Of a stretch of 17,493 bases of DNA, positions 16,234-17,493 are shown piece by piece. The number at the start of each line of letters is the position of its first letter. Positions within the stretch are counted from its first letter, which is position 1. The position numbers and the translations under genes are program-made. Under the pieces are notes generated by a model. The model worked only from the letters and a program-made list of their open reading frames with translations, had not been told where the DNA came from and ran no database searches. Where the stretch lies: NCBI GenBank assembly GCA_041736175.1, contig JBGSUI010000107.1, forward strand, positions 1 to 17,493, written 5' to 3'. The DNA comes from Oligoflexales bacterium. Lineage in GTDB: Bacteria > Bdellovibrionota_B > Oligoflexia > Oligoflexales > CAIYRB01.

Positions 16234-16631
16234 CAGACTTTCTTTTCTCCATCTTTATCTTTAATAATGAGTTGGCCTTTAGAATTTTTCTCAAAAATAA
16301 ATCCTCCTTCGGCAAAACAAGCCTTTCCATTTGGTTTAGAAACCCAAGCAAGAAAACCCTTTTTAGCGGCACAATCGGAAGTCCCTGCACAGTCACTTGA
16401 TTTACTCTTAAGGTAACTGTCTTTGAACACTTGATTTGCCAACTTGATTTGTTCTGCACCGATCCCACAGCCATTTGTACCTTTGCATGAATTAATACCA
16501 AAACATTCTACGGCTGCTTCACCCTTTTTAGGTGCAGCTTGGCTGGTGCCGTCACCTATAAGGCCTGACTCTAGCCCGAGTTCAAGGGCGATAAAAGCTC
16601 CGACTGCTGCTAGGGCTTCTGACTTGGTCAT
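16233..16631 (-). CDS. Six-Cys bufferin-like (BufA2-type) RiPP precursor, expanded
   Basis: ECFGINSCKGTNGC...DCAGTSDC..KGF..W...AC..EGG, with Cys at 43, 49, 55, 81, 87 and 105. Signal-like N-terminus, SD AAGGAG, first gene before DUF692. Confidence 0.85.
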   Translation of the reverse strand: MTKSEALAAVGAFIALELGLESGLIGDGTSQAAPKKGEAAVECFGINSCKGTNGCGIGAEQIKLANQVFKDSYLKSKSSDCAGTSDCAAKKGFLAWVSKPNGKACFAEGGFIFEKNSKGQLIIKDKDGEKKV

Positions 16632-16724
16632 ATGGACTCCTTTTTATGATTATTACAAATATGGTACACTAAAAAAAGCTGAAATCCCAGTCTACCTTAC
16701 CTTCAGAATCTATGAGCGACACCT

Positions 16725-17493
16725 ATGAAAAATCTTAGAATGCAAGCGATGATATTTTTCTTCGGTCTTTGTGGCCTTCTCTTTTATGGATCCTGGCGCT
16801 ATACCATCAGCGTCGCCCAAGAAACTTTCGAAGCGGACATCCTTAAGGTGAAACAAGCCTTTGCAGAAGGAGTCAAAGCAGCTGATACCGCCGTAGATTC
16901 TTTAAGTGCTTTTGCAGCTGTGGTTAAGGATATATCCCAAGATGATTTCAGTATATTTGCCGATAAGCTTATGTTCAATAACTATTTTATCACCAGCACA
17001 AGCTATTATTTAAGGGTTGATGATAAAAGTCAACCTATGGTTGAACAATTCTTAAAATCAAAGAATTTGGGTGAGTTTTTTTTAGAGGGCGGAACCCCAG
17101 CGACCCCCGAAGTGATCACCGCAACCACCCGTCCCGAATACTTGATTCTGTATGCTACAAACAGCACAGCCAAAGAATCGAGCTATTTTGGCTGGGATAT
17201 TTTTAGTGACGCCTATAAAGCATCGCTTATTAAGCAAGCTATTGATGGTAAAAAATCCGTAGGTTCAAACACATTTTTATTAGAAAATGGCAATGTCGCC
17301 CTAGAAATATTTTCGCCCGTTTTGGCTAAAATCGATGATCAATCCACGCCTAATGTCATCGGCATAATCAGCACCACTATTGATCTTACGCTGCTGTTAG
17401 GAGACACCAAATGGCGTGAAGGTGTCACGCTCTTCATGACAACATCCCTCAATAATGAGGCAATAGAAAAAGATATCTTTAGACATGTCGATC
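16725..17493 (+). CDS. Membrane sensor protein with an extracytoplasmic CHASE-like domain (3'-truncated; output domain not visible)
   Basis: Not in the ORF track. ATG 16725 is open to the window end (256 codons): MKNLRMQAMIFFFGLCGLLFYGSW (TM), DISQDDFSIFA, RPEY, FGWDIFSD...IKQAIDG, IFSPV, IGII..TIDL..LL, matching the CHASE pattern. Confidence 0.75.
   Translation, partial: MKNLRMQAMIFFFGLCGLLFYGSWRYTISVAQETFEADILKVKQAFAEGVKAADTAVDSLSAFAAVVKDISQDDFSIFADKLMFNNYFITSTSYYLRVDDKSQPMVEQFLKSKNLGEFFLEGGTPATPEVITATTRPEYLILYATNSTAKESSYFGWDIFSDAYKASLIKQAIDGKKSVGSNTFLLENGNVALEIFSPVLAKIDDQSTPNVIGIISTTIDLTLLLGDTKWREGVTLFMTTSLNNEAIEKDIFRHVD

Noticed and set aside
16118..16501. 127-aa alternative-frame ORF over the precursor/DUF692 junction
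   Set aside because: It overlaps two well-supported genes on the same strand and has no SD or motif.
16640..16724. CueR, CsoR, CopY or ECF16 boxes upstream of the RiPP precursor
   Set aside because: Only weak partial palindromes (TACAAATATGGTA) and a short TACCT repeat are present; none matches a consensus convincingly.
1..17493. tRNA, rRNA, IS/transposase, integrase or prophage genes
   Set aside because: No recognisable motifs, terminal repeats or RNA-gene signatures were seen by eye. A covariance-model search was not possible.

Overview
Bacterial chromosomal window mixing housekeeping and accessory genes. The many orphan lipoproteins with sigma54/sigma28-type promoters suggest Bdellovibrionota/Oligoflexia or another delta-proteobacterial lineage, but that is inference only. 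Left to right: the 3' end of an unknown gene; a 531-aa Fic protein with an AbiEi-like N-terminus, preceded by a roughly 24-bp periodic repeat array; a Wzx-type flippase and GT4 glycosyltransferase; an AAA_14/DUF4143 ATPase; two minus-strand lipoprotein genes, each with a sigma54 motif; an AbrB/MazF toxin-antitoxin pair; a HAD phosphatase and alanine dehydrogenase; a lipoprotein gene with a sigma28 motif; a PhnP-like MBL hydrolase and a short RecQ lacking Zn cysteines; a three-gene MNIO (DUF692) RiPP cluster resembling six-Cys bufferin clusters, with an unusually expanded precursor and no DoxX or ECF sigma gene in view; and a divergent, truncated CHASE-domain sensor gene missing from the ORF track. 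The best candidates for new biology are the atypical MNIO RiPP cluster and the AbiEi-like/Fic gene with its upstream repeat/minigene array. All family calls come from motif recognition by eye, not from database searches.
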